Origin: Hyphomicrobiales bacterium
Lineage (GTDB): Bacteria > Pseudomonadota > Alphaproteobacteria > Rhizobiales > Beijerinckiaceae
Direction: 5' to 3'
Assembly: GCA_046092445.1 (NCBI GenBank)
Contig: JBJTDR010000101.1
Span: 1,726-65,725 of the forward strand
Length of the DNA: 64,000 bases
Shown: positions 49,351 to 58,612 of the stretch, piece after piece
Numbering within the stretch: the first letter of the stretch is position 1
Layout: every line of letters begins with the position of its first letter
Notes under the pieces: generated by a model
Database searches by the model: none
What the model saw: only the letters and a program-made list of their open reading frames with translations
What the model was told of the DNA's origin: nothing
Made by a program: the position numbers and the translations under genes

Positions 49351-49506
49351 TGAACAAAAAAATTCCTGTAATTTTGGATACCGCTAGATATATGTCCCGG
49401 AGATAGAGCGTGCACTATTCCCGGGCCACGAAAAACAATTCCGATGTAAAGGGTAATTCTGCAGTTAATATCTATGCGATTTATTCTGAACCCCGCAAAA
49501 GGTAAG

Positions 49507-50337
49507 ATGATGAAGAGCCCTGTTTATTATGCCCCGCTAGGAGGCTTGCCTAACCAGACTGAACTATTAACCGATCGTGCCGTTTTCAAGGAAGCTTACG
49601 CGTTTATTCCGAGGGGCGTCTTGCGCGATACCGTGACAAGTTATCTTCCCTTCTGGGATAATACTCGAGCCTGGATTATCGCTCGCCCACTCTCCGGGTT
49701 CGCTGAGACGTTCTCGCAGTATATCATGGAAGTGGCACCGAGCGGGGGCAGTGAGAAGCCAGAACCGGACCCAAATGCAGAGGCCGTCTTGTTTGTTGTT
49801 GATGGTACCTTCAATCTAATTCTTCTTGGTGAATCTCATGAGATGAGGCCCGGAAGCTACGCGTTTATTCCACCTGGCGCCCAGTGGAGTCTGAAGAACA
49901 CGAGCACGGTTCCAATCCGTTTCCATTGGATTCGGAAGGCCTATGACGCGGTAGCTGGTATCGACCCACCTACTGCATTCGTTGTAAACGAGCAGGATAT
50001 TTTACCAATTTCCATGCCGAATACAAACGAAGTTTGGACGACGACACGGTTTGTTGAACCTATGGATGTTCGGCACGACATGCACGTGACTATTGTCTCC
50101 TTCGAGCCCGGTGGAGTTATCCCGTTTGCTGAAACCCATGTAATGGAACACGGGCTTTATGTTCTCGAAGGCAAAGCAGTTTACAAGCTTAACGAGGATT
50201 GGGTAGAAGTTGAAGCAGGCGACTTTATGTGGCTGCGCGCCTTTTGTCCCCAGGCTTGCTATGCTGGCGGACCCGGGCGTTTTCGTTATCTGCTCTACAA
50301 GGATGTCAACCGGCATATGAGGCTCTCGCTGCGATGA
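49507..50337 (+). CDS. allE: (S)-ureidoglycine aminohydrolase-like bicupin
   Basis: Colinear with E. coli YlbA/AllE as I remember it. In particular ETHVMEHGLYVLEGKAVYKLNEDWVEVEAGDFMW...YLLYKDVNRH compares with [24 protein letters not shown]...YIYSKDCNRD. Confidence 0.7.
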   Translation: MMKSPVYYAPLGGLPNQTELLTDRAVFKEAYAFIPRGVLRDTVTSYLPFWDNTRAWIIARPLSGFAETFSQYIMEVAPSGGSEKPEPDPNAEAVLFVVDGTFNLILLGESHEMRPGSYAFIPPGAQWSLKNTSTVPIRFHWIRKAYDAVAGIDPPTAFVVNEQDILPISMPNTNEVWTTTRFVEPMDVRHDMHVTIVSFEPGGVIPFAETHVMEHGLYVLEGKAVYKLNEDWVEVEAGDFMWLRAFCPQACYAGGPGRFRYLLYKDVNRHMRLSLR

Positions 50338-50852
50338 GCCACATTCTTCATGTTCTGCCGTTGACGAAATGTGCGTTCTCTCCCTTCGGTGATGTGATTG
50401 AGGCTGAGGGTGCTGAGCTTCTGTGCATCAATCAGGGGTTCGGCGCCCGTTACAATAATTTGACCGAGGTGCAGGTCACGATCGAAGGCGGCGTGACCAA
50501 TGTGAGCTTAATCGTTGGCGCTGTTCGGCCGTATCCGATCTCTATCAATGTTATGGAACGTCACCCACTTGGGAGCCAACTCTTTTATCCGTTACAGGAT
50601 CGTCCTTGGTTGGTCGTTGTTTGCACTGACCCTCGTGACGCCGAAAGCTTTTTTGCATTTCACGCGACAGGTCGTCAGGGGGTCAATTACGCACGGGGCG
50701 TCTGGCATCATCCGCTGCTTGTCCACGAGAATGATAGCCGCTTTCTAGTCATTGATCGCAAAGGACCCGGAAATAATCTTGAGGAATATTGGCGCAACGC
50801 AGGGAATATCTTTTTGGCAGTTGAACCGCTTGACTTGTTGCGAGGTGTTTGA
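50334..50852 (+). CDS. allA: ureidoglycolate lyase
   Basis: ATGA overlap with allE. LPLTKCAFSPFGDVIE, ERHPLGSQ, GVNYARGVWHHPL and FLVIDR are colinear with E. coli AllA as I remember it. Confidence 0.75.
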   Translation: MSHILHVLPLTKCAFSPFGDVIEAEGAELLCINQGFGARYNNLTEVQVTIEGGVTNVSLIVGAVRPYPISINVMERHPLGSQLFYPLQDRPWLVVVCTDPRDAESFFAFHATGRQGVNYARGVWHHPLLVHENDSRFLVIDRKGPGNNLEEYWRNAGNIFLAVEPLDLLRGV

Positions 50853-52247
50853 TCAGGGCAAGATTTTTCCGGGGTTTAGAAGATTGGTTGGATCAAATGC
50901 TGCTTTAATTAAACGCATGAATTTGAGCCGCGCTGGATCACCCCATCTCAACAGCGCTTTTTTCTTTTCAATACCAATTCCATGCTCCGCTGAAAATGAG
51001 CCACCAGAGCCTTTTATCGGTTGGTAAACACAATCAGATATTTGATCGTGAATTTCTGCAAACGATCGTTCACTTGTTATCGTGATGTGCAAGTTAGCAT
51101 CGCACAAATGACCGAGAACAAATAGTATCAGGTTCTTATTGATCTGATGGAGCGAATGCTCAAGACGATTAACATATTCATCGAGTTGCTCTTGGGGCAC
51201 GGATACATCGTACCATAATCCGCCCGGATACTGGCGGTCGACGACCCAATCTTCGCGTATCCGCCAGACATCCGCTCGTTCACGCTGTGATTTCAGAGCG
51301 AGTGCATCTACAAAACCTTCCGTTGACTCGCACTTTTCGAGAACCCTTTTTGCTGCGACTTCGAAATCTACGATGGAATCAAGTTCTACTTCTAATATGA
51401 CAAAAATCTTAGCGTTCTTTGCAAAAACTGCCAAGTGCCTAAAGTTTAGAAGTGATGCGGCCGTTTCAAAATGTGTCCGCCACATCATCTCGCTTCGCAG
51501 CACGTTTACGCCACCTGCACTTCTCAGACGGCGTAAAGCCTTTAGTGAAGCTGCCGCTGTGTTGAACGAGAGCAGAAAAGTGCCTGCCCGGGCATGGATG
51601 GCCTCAAGGCGGATCACTGCTTTGGTGATGATCCCAAGTGTACCCTCCGATCCAATTAACAAGTGTTTGATATCATAACCAATATTCGACTTCAGAATGG
51701 TCGTCATATCATCCAGCAGCGAGCCATCTGCCATAACCGCCTCAAGGCCTAGAACGCGACTACGCATACTACCGTTTCGAAATGCTTCCATGCCCCCTGC
51801 ATTGGTTGCAATCATGCCGCCAATCGTACAGCTGTCGCGCGCCGCGAGATCAATGCCTGCTGAAAGCCCGAAGGGCTCGACTGCTTTGCTGAGGGCGGCG
51901 AGTGTTACGCCACTTTCAACGATGGCGAAGCGCCCGATCGGGTCAATTTTGAGGATTTTTCCAAATTTCTTTGTCAGTAAAGAGACTTGCCCAGGGTTTG
52001 AGACGCCGCCGCCGACGAGGCCGGTTCGTCCGCCGAGTGTAACGACCGAGACATGCTCGTGAAGGCACCATTCGATAAATTTTTGAATTTGTTGTGTATT
52101 TTCAGGCGTTAAGGCAATACCGGACCCAAGATTTGCACGGTCGAAACCGGGATCGAACTTGTCGAGTCCCGAACCCAGATGCACGTTTTCGGGGCCCATT
52201 ATAACCCTCATGGCATCGATCTGTTCGGGGGTCAGTGGCGTGCTCAT
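50853..52247 (-). CDS. FAD-linked oxidase (GlcD / D-2-hydroxyacid dehydrogenase-like)
   Basis: FAD-binding PCMH domain (VTLGGRTGLVGG) and a C-terminal FAD-oxidase domain (SFSAEHGIG, DPTNLLNPGKI). The ATG at 52247 is preferred. Confidence 0.8.
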   Translation of the reverse strand: MSTPLTPEQIDAMRVIMGPENVHLGSGLDKFDPGFDRANLGSGIALTPENTQQIQKFIEWCLHEHVSVVTLGGRTGLVGGGVSNPGQVSLLTKKFGKILKIDPIGRFAIVESGVTLAALSKAVEPFGLSAGIDLAARDSCTIGGMIATNAGGMEAFRNGSMRSRVLGLEAVMADGSLLDDMTTILKSNIGYDIKHLLIGSEGTLGIITKAVIRLEAIHARAGTFLLSFNTAAASLKALRRLRSAGGVNVLRSEMMWRTHFETAASLLNFRHLAVFAKNAKIFVILEVELDSIVDFEVAAKRVLEKCESTEGFVDALALKSQRERADVWRIREDWVVDRQYPGGLWYDVSVPQEQLDEYVNRLEHSLHQINKNLILFVLGHLCDANLHITITSERSFAEIHDQISDCVYQPIKGSGGSFSAEHGIGIEKKKALLRWGDPARLKFMRLIKAAFDPTNLLNPGKILP

Positions 52248-52351
52248 GGAGTACCTGTAGCCGAGACTATAGTATTGATAGTAATTTCTGAAATACAAAA
52301 ATTTTTAAATTTCTCATATCTTTTTTTACAAAAAATTTAATTTTTCTATTT

Positions 52352-54070
52352 TTATTTCCATTTTTTATTCGATACAAGAAAATCAAAATCGCAACCGTCA
52401 TCTGCCTGCATAATATGTGTATCGTAGAGATATTGATAACCGCGCGATTTTGATTTGACCCGAATGATCAATTCCAATCGTCTCTTTGATAATTCGTTTT
52501 CACTGACCAGAACGTCGATGGAGCGATTTGCAACGCTGACTTTTATACGATCACCGTTCTTCACCAATGCCAGATTTCCGCCCGACGCGGCATCGGGGGC
52601 GACGTGCAGAATGATGGTGCCATAGGCGGTGCCACTCATGCGTGCATCGGAAATCCGCACCATGTCCTTGATTCCGGCTTTGGAGAGCTTGGACGGGATC
52701 GGAATATAGCCTGCTTCGGGCATCGCCGACTCGCTTGTCGGGCCTGCATTCTGCAAAATCAGGCAATCATTCGGGGTTACGTCGAGATCCGGGCTATCGA
52801 TACGGCTTGCAAGGTCTGCCAGCGACGAAAACACAATCGCGCGTCCTTCTGTCTCGAATAAGGCCGGATCAGCCGCGGCGCGCTTCATAATGGCGCCGCG
52901 CGGGGCTAAATTGCCGAAAAGCGCAACAAGTCCGCCCGTTTCGCGCACCGGATCGGCAAAGGGGCGGATGATTTCGCGATCAACCCAGGGATGGGCCTTC
53001 TCGATTCGCTCGCCGATGGTTTCACCTGTGATGGTCTCGCAATCGAGATGCAGGAGATGTTTCAGTTCATGCAAAACGGCCGGAATTCCGCCTGCTGCGT
53101 GCAAATCCTCCATGTAGCCGACGCCTGTGGGCTTCAAATCGACAAGAACGGGCGTTGTTTCGCTCAGTTCATTCATGTGGCGCAGGTCGATGGTGTGGCC
53201 AAGGCGGCCTGCAATTGCGGTGAGATGGATGATTGCATTGGTCGAGCCGCCAAGGGCCAAGAGGACGCGGAGCGCGTTCTCAAACGCTTTATGCGTCATG
53301 ATCTGGCTGGGTTTGCGCTCCGATCCGATGAGCGACACGGCCAAACGGCCGGTCTCTTCCGCCATGCGCAGGCGGTTGGAATCGACCGCAGGGATCGCGG
53401 CAGAACCAGATGGCATCATGCCGAGCGCCTCGGCCAGAGAGGCCATTGTACTGGCGGTGCCCATGACGGCGCAGGTGCCGGCTGTGGAGGCGAGACGCTG
53501 CTCCACCGCGGTTATTTCGTCGTTACTCACGGAACCCGCGCGATATTGGGCCCAAAACCGGCGGCAATCGGTGCAGGCGCCAAGGCGCTCGCCGCGATGT
53601 TTGCTGGTCGACATTGGCCCGGCGACAAGCTGGACGGCAGGGATATCCGCCGACGCCGCACCCATGAGCTGGGCCGGAACCGTCTTGTCACAACCGCCTA
53701 AAAGTACAACAGAATCCATGGGTTGCGCCCGGATCATCTCCTCGACGTCGATGGACATGAGGTTGCGGAATTTAAGGCTGGTTGGGTTGAGGAAGACTTC
53801 GCCGAGCGAGATGGTCGGGAATTCGACGGGCAGGGCGCCTGCCGCCAGAACGCCGCGTTTGACGGCCTCGATCAGTTCGGGGAAATGCCGATGGCAATTG
53901 TTGAAGCCGCTTGCGGAATGGGCAATGCCGACAATCGGCCTGTCGAGCATCTCGCGGCTATAACCCATTGAACTTGCGAAGGATCTTCGCAAATAAAGGC
54001 TGAAATCCCGGTCGCCATATTGGGTGAGGCCGCGGGCGAAACCTTGGCTCTTCTGGTTGTCATCAGGCAT
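52352..54070 (-). CDS. IlvD/Edd-family sugar-acid dehydratase
   Basis: Family motifs are present (CDKTVPAQLMG, GTCAVMGTASTM). The C-terminal RGYQYLYDTHIMQADDGCDFDFL is typical of the pentonate/aldonate dehydratase branch. Confidence 0.88.
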   Translation of the reverse strand: MPDDNQKSQGFARGLTQYGDRDFSLYLRRSFASSMGYSREMLDRPIVGIAHSASGFNNCHRHFPELIEAVKRGVLAAGALPVEFPTISLGEVFLNPTSLKFRNLMSIDVEEMIRAQPMDSVVLLGGCDKTVPAQLMGAASADIPAVQLVAGPMSTSKHRGERLGACTDCRRFWAQYRAGSVSNDEITAVEQRLASTAGTCAVMGTASTMASLAEALGMMPSGSAAIPAVDSNRLRMAEETGRLAVSLIGSERKPSQIMTHKAFENALRVLLALGGSTNAIIHLTAIAGRLGHTIDLRHMNELSETTPVLVDLKPTGVGYMEDLHAAGGIPAVLHELKHLLHLDCETITGETIGERIEKAHPWVDREIIRPFADPVRETGGLVALFGNLAPRGAIMKRAAADPALFETEGRAIVFSSLADLASRIDSPDLDVTPNDCLILQNAGPTSESAMPEAGYIPIPSKLSKAGIKDMVRISDARMSGTAYGTIILHVAPDAASGGNLALVKNGDRIKVSVANRSIDVLVSENELSKRRLELIIRVKSKSRGYQYLYDTHIMQADDGCDFDFLVSNKKWK

Positions 54071-54244
54071 GATGGTTCCTCCTGCCGACGGGCTTAGCTG
54101 TCGTGTGTCCTGCTCCTAAAGGTACAGTATAGATCCGAGACAGAGATGATCTCATTTCGTTTGTATAAGTATCGTTCAAGGTTTCATCCGAAATATAGAT
54201 TGCATTTTTCAGGGATTATACCCAATTCCGTGTCCCGACTAGGC

Positions 54245-54274
54245 CATCTAGAAGCGGAACAACGCTTCTAGATG
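54245..54274. other. perfect 12-bp inverted repeat with a 6-nt spacer
   Basis: catctagaagcg (54245-54256) and cgcttctagatg (54263-54274), read directly. It lies in the divergent intergenic region. Confidence 0.85.
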
Positions 54275-54294
54275 ACCGGTAAAACAGGCCGATG

Positions 54295-54324
54295 TCCATG
54301 GGAAAAATCGACGATTCCCATGGA
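54295..54324. other. perfect 10-bp inverted repeat with a 10-nt spacer
   Basis: tccatgggaa (54295-54304) and ttcccatgga (54315-54324), 20 nt after the first palindrome. Confidence 0.85.
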
Positions 54325-54461
54325 TACGAAAAATAGGAGTATTTTTCTGGCGGTGAATGTCCGTAAGTGTCACTTGGAACGCGAACAGATTTGACGCAGA
54401 ATAGGCTGAAGCCGATCCGGGCTCATGAGAGGCCCCGGGAACAAACGACAGGGAGACGAGA

Positions 54462-55439
54462 ATGCAGCCGACAGGGATGGAGTGCGTCAAGCTTGGGCGC
54501 ACAGAACTTGAGGTAACCCCGATCGGCTTCGGCACGTCGGGCATTGGCGACATGCCCGACACCTATGGCTACAGCGTGGACGAAGAGCGCGCGCGGCAGA
54601 CGTTGCGGGCGATCCTGACCGGCCCGGCGAATTTCATCGACACGTCCCGCAATTACGGTTTCGGCAGGAGCGAGGAGCGGATCGGCGCGGCGCTTCGGGA
54701 GATGGGCGGCAAGCCTGAGGGGTTTGTGCTGTCGACCAAACTTGACCGCGACTCCGAGACCAACCGGTTTGATGCCGATGTGGCGCGGCGCTCGCTCGAG
54801 ACGAGTTTGAAGGCGCTCGGGGTCGACCAGATTGATCTGCTTCATCTGCATGATCCGGAACATGCCGAGTCGATTGCGGAGATTACGGGCCCGAACGGGG
54901 CCATCGAGGCGCTGTTCAAGATGAAGGAGCAGGGGCTCGCGAAGGCGGTGGGGCTGGCGGCGGGCAAGGTGGATGTGATGCTGCCGTTGCTGAAGGCCAA
55001 TGATTTTGACGCGCTGATCACGCATAACCGCTTCACGCTTGTGAACCGTAATGCGGAGGAGATGATCGATTACGCGCATGGCAAGGGGATCGCGGTTCTG
55101 AACGCGGCGCCCTATGCGGGCGGTGTGCTGGCGAAGGGTTCGGGTTCGTATACGCGCTATGTGTATCAGGAGGCGACGGACGCCATGCTGACCCCGGTGC
55201 GGAAGGTGGAGGAGATTTGCCAGCGGCACAATGTGCCACCGGGCGCTGTGGCTTTGCAGTTCTCGATGCAGGACAAGAGGATCACATCGACGATCTGCGG
55301 CGTGACCAAGGCGCAGCGTGTTGACGAGACGATTGAATGGGCGCAATGGCCGGTGCCCGCGGCAGTCTGGACCGAGCTTGATGCCCTCTCCTTCACGCGC
55401 GATGACCCCGAGGCAACCCGGGCTTATGTTTTGGGGTGA
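54462..55439 (+). CDS. aldo/keto reductase
   Basis: AKR N-terminus (LGRTELEVTPIGFGTSGIG, FIDTSRNYGFGRSEE) and the later LHLHDPE segment. GGGAGA lies upstream. Confidence 0.85.
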   Translation: MQPTGMECVKLGRTELEVTPIGFGTSGIGDMPDTYGYSVDEERARQTLRAILTGPANFIDTSRNYGFGRSEERIGAALREMGGKPEGFVLSTKLDRDSETNRFDADVARRSLETSLKALGVDQIDLLHLHDPEHAESIAEITGPNGAIEALFKMKEQGLAKAVGLAAGKVDVMLPLLKANDFDALITHNRFTLVNRNAEEMIDYAHGKGIAVLNAAPYAGGVLAKGSGSYTRYVYQEATDAMLTPVRKVEEICQRHNVPPGAVALQFSMQDKRITSTICGVTKAQRVDETIEWAQWPVPAAVWTELDALSFTRDDPEATRAYVLG

Positions 55440-55494
55440 GGAGCGGTAGGAAGGAGCGGCGTTTAGTTTCAGGTTGTACGGTTAGGTGAAAAAA

Positions 55495-55523
55495 TTGCAA
55501 AAGTAAGAAAAATGAGATAAATT
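55495..55523 (+). promoter_or_regulatory. candidate sigma70-type promoter for vapBC-1
   Basis: TTGCAA (55495-55500), a 17-nt spacer, then TAAATT (55518-55523), about 30 nt before the vapB ATG. This rests on hexamer match only. Confidence 0.3.
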
Positions 55524-55554
55524 AAGAAAGAAATGAATTTGTAGGAGAGATTTC

Positions 55555-55830
55555 ATGTCTGCGTATGTCGCCACGCTCACGTCGAAAGGGCAAATGACAT
55601 TGCCTGTGGAGGTCCGGAGGGTGTTGAACGTCCAGCCCGGAGATGACATCGAGATTTATGCCGATCATCGCGGCGCGTTTTGTTTGCGGCCGCTGACCTC
55701 TGGACCGCTCGACTTTTTGAAGGATTTGCCCACCGCAAAGCCCTGCGCCGATCTAGCGACGGATGATGATGCGATTGCTGTGGCCGTTGCCGAGCGAAAT
55801 GTGCGCTCCCGCGCACGGAACGCGGCGTGA
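55555..55830 (+). CDS. vapB: AbrB/MazE/SpoVT-type antitoxin
   Basis: LTSKGQMTLPVEVRRVLNVQPGDDI is a SpoVT/AbrB swapped-hairpin motif. It overlaps the following PIN gene by 4 nt. Confidence 0.8.
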   Translation: MSAYVATLTSKGQMTLPVEVRRVLNVQPGDDIEIYADHRGAFCLRPLTSGPLDFLKDLPTAKPCADLATDDDAIAVAVAERNVRSRARNAA

Positions 55831-56225
55831 TGATCGGTCTTGATACCAATATTTTGGTGCGGGCGATTACGCAGGATGACCCTGTTTTAACGCCTTTGGC
55901 GCGGGCTGCATTGGGCAAACTCTCCAACGAGCATCGAGGTGTTGTAAATGCCATTGTTTTAGCTGAACTTGCCTGGACGCTGAAAACGCGATTTGCTTTT
56001 GATCGGTTGAGGATCGTTGATCTCGTTGAGGCGATGTTGCGAAGCCCGAGTTATCATTTTCCGGATCGTGACGCGATCAACGCTGCTTTGTCTCGCTGCC
56101 GGGTGGAGAATCTGCATTTTGCCGACGCCATGATCGGAGAACTGAATGTGAAAACGGGATGTAAAACCACGCTTACCTTTGACGTCGAGGCTGGCAAGCC
56201 ATCGCTGTTTACGATGGCGGGGTGA
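55827..56225 (+). CDS. vapC: PIN-domain toxin
   Basis: GLDTNILV N-terminal acidic motif, LAEL, and FADAMI. 132 aa. Confidence 0.85.
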   Translation: MMIGLDTNILVRAITQDDPVLTPLARAALGKLSNEHRGVVNAIVLAELAWTLKTRFAFDRLRIVDLVEAMLRSPSYHFPDRDAINAALSRCRVENLHFADAMIGELNVKTGCKTTLTFDVEAGKPSLFTMAG

Positions 56226-56420
56226 TGGCGCGGGAGATGCGAGGTGGCAGGCGTCGCTCAGGCCGCTTCAAGCGGGGTGCCCTCGTCTCTCCGGATCGGT
56301 TCAGCATCACGCTTTCATGACCGGAGAAATGCAGTATCAACAATTGTGGTCAGCCGGATCGCCCGTTGCGGATGCGGTTTGTGGTTTGCTGGTGATCGCG
56401 CGGGGCGTGAGGAGTGTTCG

Positions 56421-57608
56421 ATGAGTTCGGTTTCCCACCCTGTTGTGACGGGTGCCAAGCGGCCGGATTTTCCGATGGCGGAGTGGGATCGTTCGCCTTG
56501 GAACAGATGGACCTTCCAGCATATTGGCGAGATTTTGCCGACGACACCGGTGAAGGCGGGGGCGGCTCGGGCCTTCGAGACGTCTTTGCAGGATTTTTCC
56601 GCGCTGGCGTTTGACGATCATGGCCGGCGCGCAATGATCGGGGACTGGCTCGGGACGAGCTTTACCGACGGGTTCATCGCGGTTCACAACAACCGGATCG
56701 TTTGCGAGGAGTATTTCAACGGTATGGGGCCGAAGACGCTGCATCTGGCGCAGTCGGTCTCGAAATCGATTGCGACGAGTGCATTCGGGGTTCTGGCGGG
56801 GCGGGGTGTGATTGACCCGGCCCGTTTGATCACCGATTATCTGCCGGAGCTCAATGCTACGGCCTATCGCGGGGCGACCGTGCAGCATGCGCTGGACATG
56901 ACAAGCGGTGTTCGCTTTGACGAGACCTATACCGACCCGTTCTCCGATGCGGGGCGGATTGATGTGGCGAGCGGGTGGAAGCAACCCGTGAGCGAGGGCG
57001 ATTGGCCGCCGACCATGTGGGATTTGGTGCTGTCCCTGAAAACAGCCATTCGCCCGCATGGCGCGGCCTTTGAATATCGCTCGATCGAGACGGATGTTGT
57101 TGCCATGATCCTCGAGCGGGTGACGGGGAAGAAAATCGCCACCGTGGTTTCGGAGGAAATCTGGCAGCCGATCGGTGCGGAAGCGGACGGGGTGTTTACG
57201 ACCGATCCGGGCGGGTATGCGCTTGCCGATGGCGGGTTCAATGCGTGTCTGCGGGACTATGCGCGTTTCGGCCTGCTCTGGGCCAATCGCGGAATGGTGA
57301 ACGACACGCGGATTTTGCCGGAAGCGTGGGTGGAGGCGACTTTGACGGGGGATTCGTCCAAGTTCGGTGCGCCCTATACGGACGTGCTGCCGAAGGGGGC
57401 TTATAGCAACCAGTTCTGGCTGAAGGAGGGGCGCGGCTCGGTGGCGTTATGCCGTGGTGTCTTCGGCCAGTTGATCTATATTGATGTTGCGCGGAATTTT
57501 GTGGCGGTGAAGCTTTCGAGCTGGCCGGAATTTACCGACCCCGCCCGCATGCGGACGGCGCTTGCGGCGATCGAGCGGATTGCGGAAGCGGTGACGGCCG
57601 CGTTATAA
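56421..57608 (+). CDS. serine hydrolase, beta-lactamase/6-aminohexanoate-dimer hydrolase-like
   Basis: The ATG at 56421 has GAGGAG upstream. Contains the SxxK motif (SVSKS) in the expected context. Confidence 0.8.
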   Translation: MSSVSHPVVTGAKRPDFPMAEWDRSPWNRWTFQHIGEILPTTPVKAGAARAFETSLQDFSALAFDDHGRRAMIGDWLGTSFTDGFIAVHNNRIVCEEYFNGMGPKTLHLAQSVSKSIATSAFGVLAGRGVIDPARLITDYLPELNATAYRGATVQHALDMTSGVRFDETYTDPFSDAGRIDVASGWKQPVSEGDWPPTMWDLVLSLKTAIRPHGAAFEYRSIETDVVAMILERVTGKKIATVVSEEIWQPIGAEADGVFTTDPGGYALADGGFNACLRDYARFGLLWANRGMVNDTRILPEAWVEATLTGDSSKFGAPYTDVLPKGAYSNQFWLKEGRGSVALCRGVFGQLIYIDVARNFVAVKLSSWPEFTDPARMRTALAAIERIAEAVTAAL

Positions 57609-57633
57609 CGAGAGGCGTTCTGGAGACAAGACG

Positions 57634-58065
57634 ATGAAGATTGCAGTTGCCGGAGACAGTGCGGGCGTGCCGCTGGTCGATATTATCGAGGCGCATCTGA
57701 AAGCCAAGGGCATGCACGAAGTGGTGAACCTGAGCAAGCCGGGGTTTTATGCCGACCTCGCCGCGCATGTGGGGCGCGAGGTGGTGGCCGCAACTTATGA
57801 CCGGGCGATTTTGTGCTGCGGCACGGGCATCGGCGTGTGTATCTCGGCGAACAAGGTGCCGGGCATTCGTGCGGCGCTGACGCATGATACTTATTCCGCC
57901 GAAAGAGCTGCGAAATCCAACAATGCGCAGATCATCACGATGGGTGCGCGGGTGATCGGGCCGGAACTCGCCAAGGCGATTGTGGATATGTGGCTCGCCT
58001 CCGAATTCGACCCGAACGGCGCATCGGCAGCGAATGTCGAGGCGATCAGCAGGCTGGAAGGGTAG
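57634..58065 (+). CDS. rpiB: ribose-5-phosphate isomerase B (RpiB/LacA/LacB family)
   Basis: [11 protein letters not shown] and [16 protein letters not shown] with the catalytic Cys context. 143 aa. Confidence 0.85.
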   Translation: MKIAVAGDSAGVPLVDIIEAHLKAKGMHEVVNLSKPGFYADLAAHVGREVVAATYDRAILCCGTGIGVCISANKVPGIRAALTHDTYSAERAAKSNNAQIITMGARVIGPELAKAIVDMWLASEFDPNGASAANVEAISRLEG

Positions 58066-58179
58066 GGGCCCGTCTTCGTTTGCTTTGGTGATGCCGAGGT
58101 TTTTCGATCACGCTCCTTACGAAGTCCGACCGCGTGATCGTCAGTGATTCGGAGATTCGACAAGAAACCTGCAGAAAAA

Positions 58180-58256
58180 TGGTCGGAGTGAGAGGATTCG
58201 AACCTCCGACCCCCTCGTCCCGAACGAGGTGCGCTACCTGGCTGCGCTACACTCCG
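58180..58256 (-). tRNA. tRNA-Pro (anticodon CGG)
   Basis: Folded by hand from the reverse complement. Acceptor CGGAGTG/CACTCCG, D stem GCGC/GCGC, anticodon stem CCTCG/CGAGG with loop TTCGGGA, T loop TTCGAAT, encoded CCA. 77 nt. Confidence 0.9.
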
Positions 58257-58388
58257 ATAGATCGTTTTATACTGCTGGCGGAAAGGGCTTGCAAGTCGTC
58301 AGGGGTAAAAACATGGGCAGGGCGGAGATTTCGGATTTTCGGGAGGCTGCGGGTTCCACGGAAAATCATCGGATTGGCGTACGGGCAG

Positions 58389-58417
58389 TTGCATCGTCGC
58401 GCGCGCAACGCTAATGA
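58389..58417 (+). promoter_or_regulatory. candidate sigma70-type promoter for tRNA-Gln
   Basis: TTGCAT (58389-58394), a 17-nt spacer, then TAATGA (58412-58417), about 28 nt before the mature tRNA 5' end. This rests on hexamer match only. Confidence 0.3.
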
Positions 58418-58445
58418 CATCACGGTCGGTAGAGATGCGGAGCGA

Positions 58446-58520
58446 TGGGGCGTCGCCAAGCGGTAAGGCAGTGGATTTTGATTCCACCATGCGGAGGTTC
58501 GAATCCTCCCGCCCCAGCCA
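58446..58520 (+). tRNA. tRNA-Gln (anticodon UUG)
   Basis: Folded by hand. Acceptor TGGGGCG/CGCCCCA, anticodon stem GTGGA/TCCAC with loop TTTTGAT, T arm GGAGG-TTCGAAT-CCTCC, encoded CCA. 75 nt. Confidence 0.9.
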
Positions 58521-58612
58521 TTTTCGCGATGATCATCGGGCCCGCTTTGCCCTATTTTTTCCATAATCGTTCAGCATAAGCGCGGCCATAGATCCGGGCC
58601 CCTCTGGCGAGA

